From positions 186,001 to 250,000 of the forward strand of contig NW_026857137.1 in NCBI RefSeq assembly GCF_026571515.1: a stretch of 64,000 nt of DNA. The letters are read 5' to 3'. Both the position numbers and the translations under genes were made by a program. Numbering within the stretch: the first letter of the stretch is position 1; each line of letters begins with the position of its first letter. Positions 51,486 to 64,000 of this stretch are shown in pieces. This DNA comes from Ruditapes philippinarum. Lineage: Eukaryota. Below the pieces are notes generated by a model. The model worked only from the letters and a program-made list of their open reading frames with translations, had not been told where the DNA came from and did no database searches.

Positions 51486-53912
51486 GGTAGCACTCCACAG
51501 TTAATTTCAAGTTTCTGCCGTCAATGTCCTACAAGCAATACGTCTAATAATTCTGATACCAAACTACACAACCTGGAAAAAGAAAACACATTTTGTTGAG
51601 AACATATATGACATAAGATTGCAAATCTACAAAGAAATTATCCCATCTGCAATAGGCAGGCAGTCAAAAAATTTGCAATTCATTCCGTTGAAGCCCAAAA
51701 TCTACAGTGGCCCGAGACCCAAAACAACACATTTCGACCCTCTGGCAAAAAATATCTGCAAATATACAGGCTAAAGGAACACCGTCTCTGCTTTAGCAAC
51801 TCCCTATACATGCAAAATATCACAAAGAAACTAGTCCTCAACCTTGTAGATTTTTTGCTACTGCTAAAAGTTTGTACCCCCCTGTAAAATGACTTCTTTT
51901 TACCGTGCATGCTGTATAAAAGCAATGTTTACAAAAAATGGCGGCCTTGACATTCATAATCAACAGCATGTGATTTCTGGCCATGTTTTCGAATTTGCCA
52001 GTGATCATATTAGATGTCACAAAAACAAATTTTATGCTGAAAATGCATTTTAAAGACAACCAGTCATTTAAATCCAGAATATTCACTATATCCAAGAAAT
52101 CCTCCCTGGCCATTCGAAGCTGTGGCTTACATTACTGTGGTGTGCTACCTTAAGGGGCATCATAACATTGATTGATGACCTTTATATGGACTTTTTCTAC
52201 AAATTCATGCATATTTCAATAAACAAAATGAAAATTTTTGCTGGGAATTGTTTGTTTTTTCATTATCTATGCCTTAAATGAACTATGCTGTCCATCCCAT
52301 TTTCAGCCCTCGGCAAGCCTTTTTCAGTACATGTAGAATAAGAAAGTATTCCCAATGTAAAGTGTACACAATCTGGTTCTTATACCATCTATACAATCAA
52401 AATGTTCAAATATGTCCTTATAACATCTAATATGAAAGAAATATTCAACAAATTGGCATACAGTTTAAGTATATATGGCTTCATGCTTCATATAAGGCAA
52501 AAATACAACAGATTATGTTCTTGCCGGACACCAAAATGTGCTATGTTTTTTTCAATCTTGCACAGTATAAAATCCAATTAGCATGCACAATTTTCATAAA
52601 GGTTTTACGTAAAGTCAAATTCAAAGAGACACAGCACTTATCATGGCCCTCTGAGCATTGTAGATCTATCAATGTTGGTCGCCCAGGGCATCGAAATTCA
52701 CCAAGCAACACCCTGAAAACCAAATTCTCCGACTATTCAATCTCGCATGCCCAACTCCAAAATGGTCAAATTCTAACCCGAAAACCTAGCTTTAACATCC
52801 ATTTGCACCTGTAAATGATTTCAAGCAAACATATCCCTTCGCACAAATATTTCGCATCACATGGAACATGCCCGATGGCCATATTCTACATGTACAGCTG
52901 AAAAGCAATAAAAACATGCCTTTTTCCACCAAAAAAGTTTGGAAAATCAGGAAAATATCAACCGAATAGCTCTATATGTGAATATTTTCACTCTCCCACA
53001 GCTGTCTCTCCTGGAATAAGTAGTCATTATGACTTAAGACACATGGCAGACACAGCACTTTTCATACATTTCACATTTAGGTTTTCATGTATTTGAGTTA
53101 CCTCCCCTTTTTAAACCTAACTTTCAAGCTCTGTGATAAATATTTTTTATGAAATTTCACCATCATTTTGGTCAGTGTGCATGGTAGAGCCTTTACACAA
53201 AGTTAAATGCGAAAAAACAAGGTTTGAAAAAAAATCATTTTACCTTAAGGTAGCACTCCACAGTTAATTTCAAGTTTCTGCCGTCAATGTCCTACAAGCA
53301 ATACGTCTAATAATTCTGATACCAAACTACACAACCTGGAAAAAGAAAACACATTTTGTTGAGAACATATATGACATAAGATTGCAAATCTACAAAGAAA
53401 TTATCCCATCTGCAATAGGCAGGCAGTCAAAAAATTTGCAATTCATTCCGTTGAAGCCCAAAATCTACAGTGGCCCGAGACCCAAAACAACACATTTCGA
53501 CCCTCTGGCAAAAAATATCTGCAAATATACAGGCTAAAGGAACACCGTCTCTGCTTTAGCAACTCCCTATACATGCAAAATATCACAAAGAAACTAGTCC
53601 TCAACCTTGTAGATTTTTTGCTACTGCTAAAAGTTTGTACCCCCCTGTAAAATGACTTCTTTTTACCGTGCATGCTGTATAAAAGCAATGTTTACAAAAA
53701 ATGGCGGCCTTGACATTCATAATCAACAGCATGTGATTTCTGGCCATGTTTTCGAATTTGCCAGTGATCATATTAGATGTCACAAAAACAAATTTTATGC
53801 TGAAAATGCATTTTAAAGACAACCAGTCATTTAAATCCAGAATATTCACTATATCCAAGAAATCCTCCCTGGCCATTCGAAGCTGTGGCTTACATTACTG
53901 TGGTGTGCTACC
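51486..53912. mobile_element. Composite non-autonomous element: two 664-bp direct repeats, each with its own TIRs, around a 1.09-kb core (KolobokP-like)
   Basis: 51486-52149 matches 53249-53912 (offset 1763); each reads GGTAGCACTCCACAGT...ACTGTGGTGTGCTACC; TTAA at both inner junctions. Confidence 0.85.
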
Positions 53913-56900
53913 AAAAGCATTTCGAAGACATATAAAATTACTCGTATTTATTTAAATCAAACGCTAATGTATTTCACACATCTCCGTCGTCATTTATACA
54001 AACTATTTAAAATGTTGTTTCGTGCTTTGACTCAGCTTCGTGTGATTACAAAGAAAACTAAGTATTCCTGGAATGCAGCTTAATATGTATTAAATCTCAT
54101 TTATACTGATTAAGACGGGATTTTATAGATTTGTGCACTTAAACAATTGGCCATTCACGCGCAAAGATTGATTACATCGGGTATTTCTCGGAACATTTAA
54201 ACAAGGCATTGATTCAAAGGCTTATTAAGCCTCGAAATTGATATAATTTTTGTTTCCTAAAAGCTTTTTATTTTGATGACCCGCTACAATTACCAACATG
54301 TTATTCATTGGTCATATATTGGTCATATATTGGTCATACATGTAGCTGAACTTATAGTTTGCTGCATAAAGACATAAAACAATACACAAGAATATGCATG
54401 AAGCTTTTTTTACACCCACATTAGATAATCTCGAATGTAGTTAAAATTTATAAAAAGGATGATACAACAAATTATGTAAATGATTCGTATTTTATGTCAA
54501 ATAAAAATTGTTTTATTGTTTCTGCTCTAACTTTGAACGACCTGCTTTTATCAAATTTGGTTCAAACTATTTTACATTTGTCATAGAAATTAAATTTAAG
54601 AATACTTACGACCCTGTTTATTGTCATTTACTTCACTAAAGATCTATTGATTTTAACTATTTTCTTTTTTGGAGACGTAGGAAAATTAATGTATAATATT
54701 TGACAGAGTACTAATAAAGGATATTTATTTAAAATTTTATTAATTATCAAACCAATAGAAAAGATATGTGTCAGATGTAAACCTGCTTCAAAATCTGGAA
54801 AAAGTGTGATCCCTCAGAAGCATTTATCACAACAAAATTACGTGAAAATTGCAGACCCGGTTTGATTGAGTCTGTACATGATGGATAATTAAACAGTGCA
54901 ACATCCCTACGCCCCCTAGCACCGGCTTGAGCGGTAATCAATTTACAACACTCAATGATCCCGCAGGACCAGAAAAATATAACCACACTGAAGTACAGGG
55001 CAACTTTTCACGTCTGCCACACAGCACTTGACACCTGCTGTTGTAATGTATAAAAATCTGGAAAAAGTGTGATGATCTCTCGGAAGCATTAATCACAACA
55101 AAATTACATGAAAATTGCAGACTCGATTTGAAGTTGCTAAGGTTATTTCTGAGTTTAGTATACATGAACCTTCCTTAACAATAACAGTTATTTCTTGTTG
55201 CTGAAGAGTTTTTTAATGAATTATAAGACAAATGTCTTTTAAAAAGTGTACGTAACATCTTACATATTTCACTGTGTTTTTGAAAGTATATATATATTAC
55301 TTGTTTGAACATATGATTTTACAATGTTTGTAATTATACCTATATGTTGGGAGTGAGTGATACTATTATGATATTAATAAAAACAGATACAACTATGTTC
55401 GGATAAACTGCTAATGGATTGTATAAATTCATCTTGCTACTTTGTTATAACTTAAATTGAATAAGGCTCTCAGACGGGTCTGAAGTTCATTGTATCTTTA
55501 TCACGGTCCCTTAACCACGTGACTGTGTGTGATATACTGGTGTTATTTATAATTTTGTGTCGATATACTAAAGAGAAATCTACTTTTACAAGAAGTCAAT
55601 CTATTCTAAAATGGGCCTATTTTGCTATTGATAACATTTTGCCTTGCTTCACCCGACGACACTTTCTTTTATCTTAATACTTTGAAAATTACTTAGCAGA
55701 GCAATATCTGATATCAAAATCTAGTCTATTATTGTTGTCACGTATACAATCTAATCACATAGGATAAAGTGACACATACTGGGATTTAAGAAACCTAATG
55801 AAGTTGTACAATACAGTTCTCTGTCTGAAAGGGCCTTTGGTTAAGAAAGTCCCAGATTAAAACCACTGGGAATATCCATGTATACAAGACGGCCTTTTAA
55901 CGAGCCCTCTCCAAAAGGGACTTCTTAACTTGAAATGTGAACATCTGTATTTTGTATGTAAAACTAGTATTATTAAGAGGCTCCAAGTTAATAAGGGCTT
56001 GATATAGTCCTACATAACGCCAATAATAATGTATGATTTCACATGTTTATTGTTTCAAAGTCTCATTTCCCGAGATAATTTTTAAGAAAAATATAAAGAG
56101 CTACATGTATGTTCTTCATCTTTTATATTTCTTTTATTGTTGAAACAACTGAATGCACGTAATTATTTCACCCATTATCTTGAAGATATACATTGTGTTA
56201 GCTTCAAAGTTCAGGACAAAATTGCGATATGAAACACCAAATTACATGTAGATACTTTAATATAATTATGGTTCAAAACTGCAGGAAACGATCTGTTATA
56301 TTATATAACCCAGTTGCTGTCTTCTACTGAGGAAAAAGGAAATAAATACAAACACTACAAGACGATTTGTGAAATGAAATGTTCGCAATTTCTTTTTATT
56401 CTTTTTATTCTCATCAAAACAAAACAAAAACGTACATATAAATAGTATGGCACCAATAATGCAGTGACATAAGCATTAAGATAGATGTGAAAAAAATGAT
56501 ATTTGAAGTGTCACGACTGGTGATTATATTCATGTTAGTAAATCTATTATATCTCTGACTGACAAATATCCTCAAGACAGTTCTAAAACAACGGTCGCAG
56601 TAACAAATTCAGATAAAGATAAAAATACCTATCAAAGTATGAGTAACATAAGATCAAATGTCAACAAATTTTTCGTCCCCACAGACGAAATGGTCGTGGA
56701 AAAGGTTATAAATTTGTGTTGACTTACTGATCTCTTCGTTACTAAAATCACAGGAATCATGTTTATGATAAAATGATTATCTTATTTAATAGAATCTCAA
56801 TGAAGGAGTCACAAAAATGTAATGATAAATTGTTTTAGAATGGACAAAAGTGTGAGAGCGTCACTGATAAGGGATATACGATGGAAATCAAACAATTAAA

Positions 56901-58130
56901 ACAGTTCACAATGACCACGTTGTGTTTGTTCATGATGAAACTCGGTAAACACATCATAACAATTTTTATGATACAGTTAGGAATAGTAATTTAAAGTATT
57001 TAGCAAAACGAGTTTTCGGCAAATAAGTGCTGAATAATATCTTAGTTGTTTCCTTATAAAAAAAGCTTGTGGGCTTAAAATTAGAACAAAAATGTGTTTC
57101 ATAATTATATTCATAATATACCTTCCAACGTTTTGGAGGTATATAAAACATACTAAATGTACATGTACATATGTAAGTATGATGCATAAGTCTAGACTTA
57201 TTATAAGAATCCATTACGCCTGAAAGACAAAATGGTATGAAAAATATTGCAATGAATGCAATTTACCATTCTTCGCATAAGGCACAGATCGGACGGATTG
57301 TCCTAAGAAAATAATGCAAAAAATTAATGTAAAATTATATAATTGAGTCTTCGTTGTAATGTGTGAAATCTTTCTTCGTGCACTTAAAACATCTAAAATT
57401 CCATTATCTAGTATCTAGTAAGTTGAATAGAGCTTTAGAATTTTGATCATATTCTTGAATAGGAATATACATGTATTTTCAGCATTTAACTCTTAATTGA
57501 TAGCCGTTATAGATGGAGCTATTGACACAAAACAAATGCAAATGTTTGTCAAATGAGGTAAAATCAAGGAATGGATTGTAAAATGTCATTGTAAATATGA
57601 TTCCTACAATGTTGGGAAAGACAATGATGCATTGGTCTGGTTGAAAACAACATATTTATCTAGAAATATATTACTCAATTAACATTTGATAATATTCCTA
57701 ATACTACAACAAGTATGTACATGTATATTTATTTGTGGCATACCATTTGCATCTGTGTGTCTCTCATACACTTTCCTTTTTTATCAATTTTAATAATAAA
57801 TACCTGTTATTTACAACCCTTGCTTTAAACAAATAAAAATATAATAACATATAAACAATAAAATGACTTATGGTTGTTAACAATAAGGAGAAACGATGAG
57901 CATGCACGCTCCTATAATAATCATGTTCTGTAGACTATTGTTAATGCATAGGACCTTTTGCATTATTTTGTGTTATTTCATCCTGAGGAAAAACGCAGAT
58001 GATGACAGATGTCGAAGGTTTACATTCACAAATTAAGATGATAAGTTGTTAATAACTATGTAAAAATATCAAAATAGGACTATTTGTTCGTTCTACCGTC
58101 CACATTTCTTTTTGAATGAATGATCTGCAT

Positions 58131-58316
58131 CTATGCTGATTTCACCGCATCCCATGCTGCGTTCATTTCAGCCAAGATCTCATTTTGGTCAACAGTCTCC
58201 AGAATATGTGGCGCTTTCATGAATATACCCAATGTTCCAAACGCAGTAACAGCGAAGAAGATAGAAAAGAGAAGCCTGTCAATCACCCTGGCAACATATC
58301 TCCAGTCATCAATAAC
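58131..58316 (-). CDS. Locus C terminal exon (M4)
   Basis: VIDDWRYVARVIDRLLFSIFFAVTAFGTLGIFMKAPHIL...AVKSA-stop. Confidence 0.9.
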   Translation of the reverse strand, partial: VIDDWRYVARVIDRLLFSIFFAVTAFGTLGIFMKAPHILETVDQNEILAEMNAAWDAVKSA

Positions 58317-58738
58317 CTAAAATATAATTATATTGCCACATTATAAATAATGGAAACCATAAGTAAATGTTAAACAGAACGTTGATCTTTAGTAAATCTT
58401 AGTCATCCTGAGGAAAAACGCAGATGATGTCATACATTTTACCTATTCATAGTAAAAGTAATTTATTTGACCTAAAGGCCTTATTTGACCTATAGGTCTC
58501 ATCATGTCCTAAGACTTGGAGAAAAAGATAAAACTGAAAAGATATCAGGATGCGTGAAATGTTAATTGGATCCACTGACAGACAAACAGTATTAATAATA
58601 ACATAAACTTAGCTTCAATTAAATACCACTACCTATACAAATATTAAAGTTGGTTGCAGACAATACCTTCGGAAAAAACGTGTTCATTCTGTGATCAGTT
58701 ACCTGCCCACATGTAATTGATTTAACAAAGATACTTAC

Positions 58739-59611
58739 AGTGTGATATTCGTCGTCTTTTTTAAGATGTCTATGTATGAATTTGACAGATTCAGCTGCTC
58801 TATATATTTCCTGTGATACAGGTTTTAAGGCTTTGTTTATGAATGATGTCTCCATATTACCAGCTGAATCTTCTTCCTGTTGAGAGGTGGCATTTAAACG
58901 ACAATGAGCATGATGAGTTTCTATCAAATTTTCAATTTCTCCTCCACTAAATGGTTGAGGCTGTGCCTGTGGTAAACAATTGTGTGTAGTCCGAGTTAAA
59001 TCTGGGTCTCTATTAATATTCCTTTTGGGAGGAGTATCTCCTTTATCATCAGATGTTTCGTTCCATCGATCGTCGTGGTCTGGTCTTTTCATAAACATTA
59101 TTCTTGGAAGAAAATTTAAAAACACTAGTCTAACCCAGTAAGGCATTTGGTGAGTTCTAGGCGTTCTGTAATTTCTATTTATCACAATAACAGTACTCAC
59201 GATAGCTAAAATATTCATAATAAATGTAAACAACAGATATTGAGATATCAATGGAATAGTTAATGATGGTGGAAGTATTTTTGAAATCAGCAGCAAGAAC
59301 ACAACCAAAGCAAGAAGAATGGATATACATAAAGTAATTTTCTCGCCAGCATCAGCCGGTAAAATAAACACAGATAATGTCACAAATGAAATTAAAACAC
59401 ATGGAATAATTAGATTGACAGTGTAAAATAAAGTTTTTCGCCTTAAACGAAGTCGGAATATCACCATAGCTTTAAATTCATTAGTTTTTCCTGTGGAAGT
59501 CTTTTTTATTTCAGCGTCTCCTTCAACTATATCCCAAGCACCATTTGTAAGATAGTCACTTACATCAAAATGTGAAACTTTTTTGTAAAAAGAAAAGTTC
59601 AACTGATGATC
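58739..59611 (-). CDS. Locus C loop F/C, M1-M3 and cytoplasmic loop exon
   Basis: No vicinal CC; [32 protein letters not shown] with K20' resembles invertebrate beta1-type subunits; GTAAGT donor. Confidence 0.93.
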
Positions 59612-59957
59612 CTGAAATAACAAATGATTTTATAATGATATAATATGCACAAGAAAGATAAAATCATAAATCATATCACATATGTCGATTGCATTGGACG
59701 GGTAATTCGTGTTCTATGCAGTAAAGATCATTCAGACATCCACAATAATATATTTAAATAATTATGTTTTCTATATAATCCTGATGTTTGAATTTGATTT
59801 CGATCATGATATTCTTTCTTGTAAAAAGTACAGTGACAATTATATGTTAAAAGTAAAACACAGAAACTTGTATTTGTTTACAGAACAGTGAATTAAAATT
59901 GTAAAATATTATTAATAGATAATACGCATACTGTTTTACAGAATCATGCAAACGTAC

Positions 59958-60129
59958 CAAAAATGTCCAGGAGCCGAATTTCAAATCACAATTTTGTTCA
60001 TCAAAGGGAAAGTACTGAACATCAATTTTACAAGAGCTTTTATAGATAGCTGGTGGAATCCAATTTACTGTGCCGTCTTTGAATACAAGGCAATTTGACA
60101 TGTAGGAGACCTCATAATTCCCATCAGCA
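59958..60129 (-). CDS. Locus C Cys-loop exon
   Basis: [57 protein letters not shown]; GTACGT donor. Confidence 0.92.
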
Positions 60130-60788
60130 CTAAAAGAATAATATATATAAAAAAACCAACTTTATATCTTTATATAAAACTATTTCAAAATGTACTTGAA
60201 CTATTTGCAATAGTACTTGATTTTTATAGTTCATTTAACTTTTTAAGGAACTTAAAAATTACACACGTATATTAAGAGCTACATGTCTAGTTTAAAATGT
60301 CTTGAAAATTACACACCTATTTTTTCTTTATTTTTTAAAAATGTAATCAGAAATTAAACACAGACTCATATATGAGGGTCTTGTTTTCCCCTTTGTTACT
60401 TCAAGAATTTATGTTACACTATTTCTTGCTTGCCGCAACACAAATAGGTGATTTAAATTGCTTTAAATTTTTAGTTCCCTGTCAGAAGTTAAATAAACAT
60501 TATTATGTCATAAAAGTACCATTGAGACATTGTCCTTAATGAATACTATTTGCAATTTTTAAGCAAACGCTAAAAACCAAAATATTTCAAGCACTTGGGA
60601 GATTTCTTAAATAAGGTGTTGTCATAAAAAGAAAACGTCATGGGTAATTTAAGTCATAAATATTTCATATAAGGGTGTACTTATGGTATAACATTTTTAT
60701 TGTATATATGACTTTTTAATATCGTGATGATTTGTAATGACGTCATTCTATACCAATACAATTTGCTACAGAATTATGTGCAACTTAC

Positions 60789-60907
60789 TTGTTAAATAAT
60801 ACGACATCTGGTCGCCATATAAGGTCAGGTCTAATTCGCACCACTGTTATATCATTATATGCCTCGTATCCTTTTTTATCCCATGCCAGTTGATAATCTC
60901 TCCAGTA
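60789..60907 (-). CDS. Locus C loop A exon (119 nt)
   Basis: YWRDYQLAWDKKGYEAYNDITVVRIRPDLIWRPDVVLFN; AA|GTAAGT; not in the ORF track. Confidence 0.9.
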
Positions 60908-61342
60908 CTGAACAAAATAACAGAAATGAAAAAAAAAACTAACCATTTATACTGACATACAGCTTATTGTGAAATTATATATTACTCAATAAATAGAACT
61001 TTAATAAATTGTCAAATAATAATATGTGTAGTAAAACACAAGGATGGAATCTGGTAATACCCAATACATTTTAAAATATTACAACAAATTTCAGGAAGGA
61101 AGAAGAAAGAGTTATTCAAACAAGACAACATGATCAGTGATTTAAAGGTATGAAGACTTTCAAAAATATTGCAATTGAGGACAAAGAATTAGAAGTGAGC
61201 ATTTATATACCAGGAAGATGACAGCGAATATTTGCGATGGATGGACATGATTCAGTTTTATTTAAAACAAGACAAAGGGATATGTTTTTGGGCGAACAAT
61301 ATATATATTTACAAGAGATAATATTAAACCCAAATAACTCAC

Positions 61343-61387
61343 CAGTTGCAGCCAAACATTTGTTTTCATGACCTGATTCTTCTCATC
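61343..61387 (-). CDS. Locus C 45-nt loop D exon
   Basis: DEKNQVMKTNVWLQL; GTGAGT donor. Confidence 0.92.
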
Positions 61388-61832
61388 CTGAATATTTAAA
61401 ATGTCTATGTTAAATATAAAGTAACCATTATGCCAATTTAAAGATATATTGAGAGTCAAAACAAATTTACATTTCCTTTCAATTTTATAGTTTACTTATC
61501 TCGAACGATTAAATAAAATAACTCACGTGACCTAATGAAAGTTCCATAAATACCCATCGGAATTTACCTGTTATAATTTCCGGCAGATTAATATTTTATC
61601 CTCAACATTTTCAATATCAACTGTCAGTCAATAGCTATTGCAACAGTCATTGTTTGAAATATATAGTCAATTCAGCTCAACTTGACAATGAAAAAGTGAG
61701 CATGTCGCTTTAATTCATACAAAAAACTCAAGCATTTAACTGAAAGTTCTGTTATTATAATAAAGAAAATTATAACTTATAATGAGTAATTGTTAACTGA
61801 AATAGTCTGGTATAAATCAAAGCAAAACCTAC

Positions 61833-61975
61833 CAAAGTTATAATCTGACTGAGCTGGACGCTGAACTCAACATTCAGTGTTTCGTTGATATTTTGTACGG
61901 GTCGTACAAGAGGACTGTATTTGGATGGATCAAACAAGGTCTGCACCAAACATTCATATCTTTTCTGCTCATCGT
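61833..61975 (-). CDS. Locus C beta-type nAChR subunit, first identified exon
   Basis: ttttcag acceptor (phase 1); DEQKRYECLVQTLFDPSKYSPLVRPVQNINETLNVEFSVQLSQIITL; GTAGGT donor; upstream signal-peptide exon not found. Confidence 0.85.
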
Positions 61976-64000
61976 CTGAAAAGAAATTGATCATGGGGAT
62001 TAAATTAGTGACCATTGTACTTAGAATCATGTAAAATTATGTGATTGTAAAACCTGGCCCCAACAGATTTCTTGTTTTCTCCATAAATGTAAACAATTAA
62101 GATACCATTTTACACGTTCAATCATGGACATAAACTGTTAAATATTGCGCTGGAAAGCTGGGCTAAAAAGTACTTTTTTGCAATTTTTTTTTGGCGGAAT
62201 GTCATTTTACATTTTCAGCAAGTTGTATCGCCTTTATCCCATTACTTTTGTGTCCTTTTTAAGATAAATTCGTTAAATACGATTGATTGTGTGACTTGTT
62301 TACGTGTATAGCTAAGATTAATTGTGTGCATGTATTTATGTATGTATGTATACCTTTAACCTTTAAATTTATATAAATATATGTATTTTAGGCTGCGTCA
62401 CATTTTTGTGTTGTATTATGGTGTAATTTTGCTGACAGTTGCATAAATAATAACTCCAAAAAATCATATTAAAAATACAATAAAATACAATAAAGGAATT
62501 TAAATAAACAAATATGAATACTTTTTTCTCTTTAAAAAGTAGTTTCTTCATTGTTTATTCAATAACTTTAACAAAGGAATTAGATGATGCTAGATCATCA
62601 TGTTACATTTTAAATTATTTAAAGCGTACAATTTTGCCACCATGCTACAACCTCCTTTAATATATAATCGCTATGATTATGCCTTTTTTAACAAACTCTT
62701 TTAAGTGATCAAATTAAGATCTTTTATTTCTGTTAGCCAGTGTTAAGAGTTTTGTAGCTTTACCAATTATGTAAATGTATAAACTCTTATCTAGACAAAG
62801 AGATCAAATAGATCCTTGGTCAAACATGTATCCTTAAATGCTTTGTCATTAACATATAAGTCCTCTTCGAAAATTAAGCTATGAAGGAACTAGCAACTTG
62901 TATGTAAGAGAATATTATATGTGTACAATGTATATGTAAAACGATCACAAGAACTTAAAGTACTTAAAGTATTAGTTATGCATGTGGCTTCTGTTTATTG
63001 CATTTTGTATTTATATCGAACATATCATTACATGTTTAAGTAGCTATAGCATTGTTTTACGAAGGAAAGAGTTTATTCAGGTGCCCTCAAGCTATTATTT
63101 CTATAATGCAAATGTAATGCTATTGTTATATGTTCCAGATGTTTATTGTGAATGCACTTGTTTAAATTACAAGCATTTGGATAAACACCGCCCTGCAATA
63201 TTACAGTTCTCATAAGTAAGTCAAATTCAATAAATAAGATACTTTGTGACAATCAAAACTGGAGGAAAACTGTCTATATCATATGCCTGTTTTAAAAAAA
63301 CTGTTTGGAGTGAAGCAAATTTCGCCCTAGGTATTTGCGTAAAGCATACTGCTTAAAATATATGTGCTATGCATATATTTGGTTACAGTGGACCAACTAC
63401 AATAATTATCCTGTAAAATGATGTTTATATGGTAATGCTGGTTCCTGCACTTATGTAAATTTGATTATTAGCGTTGTTCTTTATTTCATACATATTTAAA
63501 TAGTTAATAATTGGATTAAATACAAAACGTCCAGGCAAACAAGAATTATTCATATACTTTTTTACACTTTGATGATTGATATTATACTCGTTTTTGTATA
63601 TTTAAATATTGGTATCCGGTTTATGCATAATGTTATACATTGTATTCAGATATCCAAATTGCCTGTGTGAAAAAAAAATGGATTTTTAATGAGTGCTTAA
63701 AACAGTTTATTCATGGAATAGATGGATTATGATTATAAAGTAATCGTATCATTTCAACAAGCCATAGCGCAATACAACATAATTACGAATGATTGCACCT
63801 TTTGGAAGATATAATCTTTGTAATATAAAATTCACAATTCTTTCCCAAAAGTTAATGTGAAAACTGAAAAATTATGCATCGCATAGTACACGATGTCACG
63901 TGATCTAGGTTAAAGACGAATTTCGGACACCGCTGTTTCAAAATGTCACCATGCGAGATGAAAATCAAAGTTGCAGGTCCATATTGACAGCTATACTTTT

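Noticed and set aside
51680-53955. Duplicated 81-aa and 91-aa ORFs
   Set aside because: Chance frames within the 664-bp direct repeats, with no transposase motifs.
61976-62030. In-frame MILSTMVTNLIPMINFFS as the start of locus C
   Set aside because: Poor signal peptide, and it overlaps a good ttcttttcag acceptor; the true first exon probably lies upstream but was not identified.

Overview
AT-rich, intron-rich animal genomic DNA, most likely a bivalve mollusc judging by its repeat families (inference). It holds a cluster of nicotinic acetylcholine receptor (nAChR, Cys-loop cation channel) subunit genes. Locus A (+, CDS 5232-13827, 7 exons, 514 aa) is a complete alpha subunit. Locus C (-, 58131-61975, first exon not located) is a beta1-like non-alpha subunit. 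Locus B (-, 26198-46855) is the notable one. It has one signal-peptide exon and one loop-D exon, followed by two alternative 110-nt loop-A exons (Tyr vs Phe version) and two alternative, intact 3' halves: one non-alpha (loop C shortened, no vicinal CC) and one alpha (YICCIEPY). One transcription unit therefore appears able to encode both an alpha and a non-alpha subunit, with up to 6 in-frame splice combinations, and five Rbfox-type GCAUG motifs lie between the alternative exons. The rest is introns and intergenic DNA with MITEs, SINEs, a KolobokP-like composite element and minisatellites. Exon boundaries were read by eye from GT/AG sites and frame continuity; no expression evidence is available.
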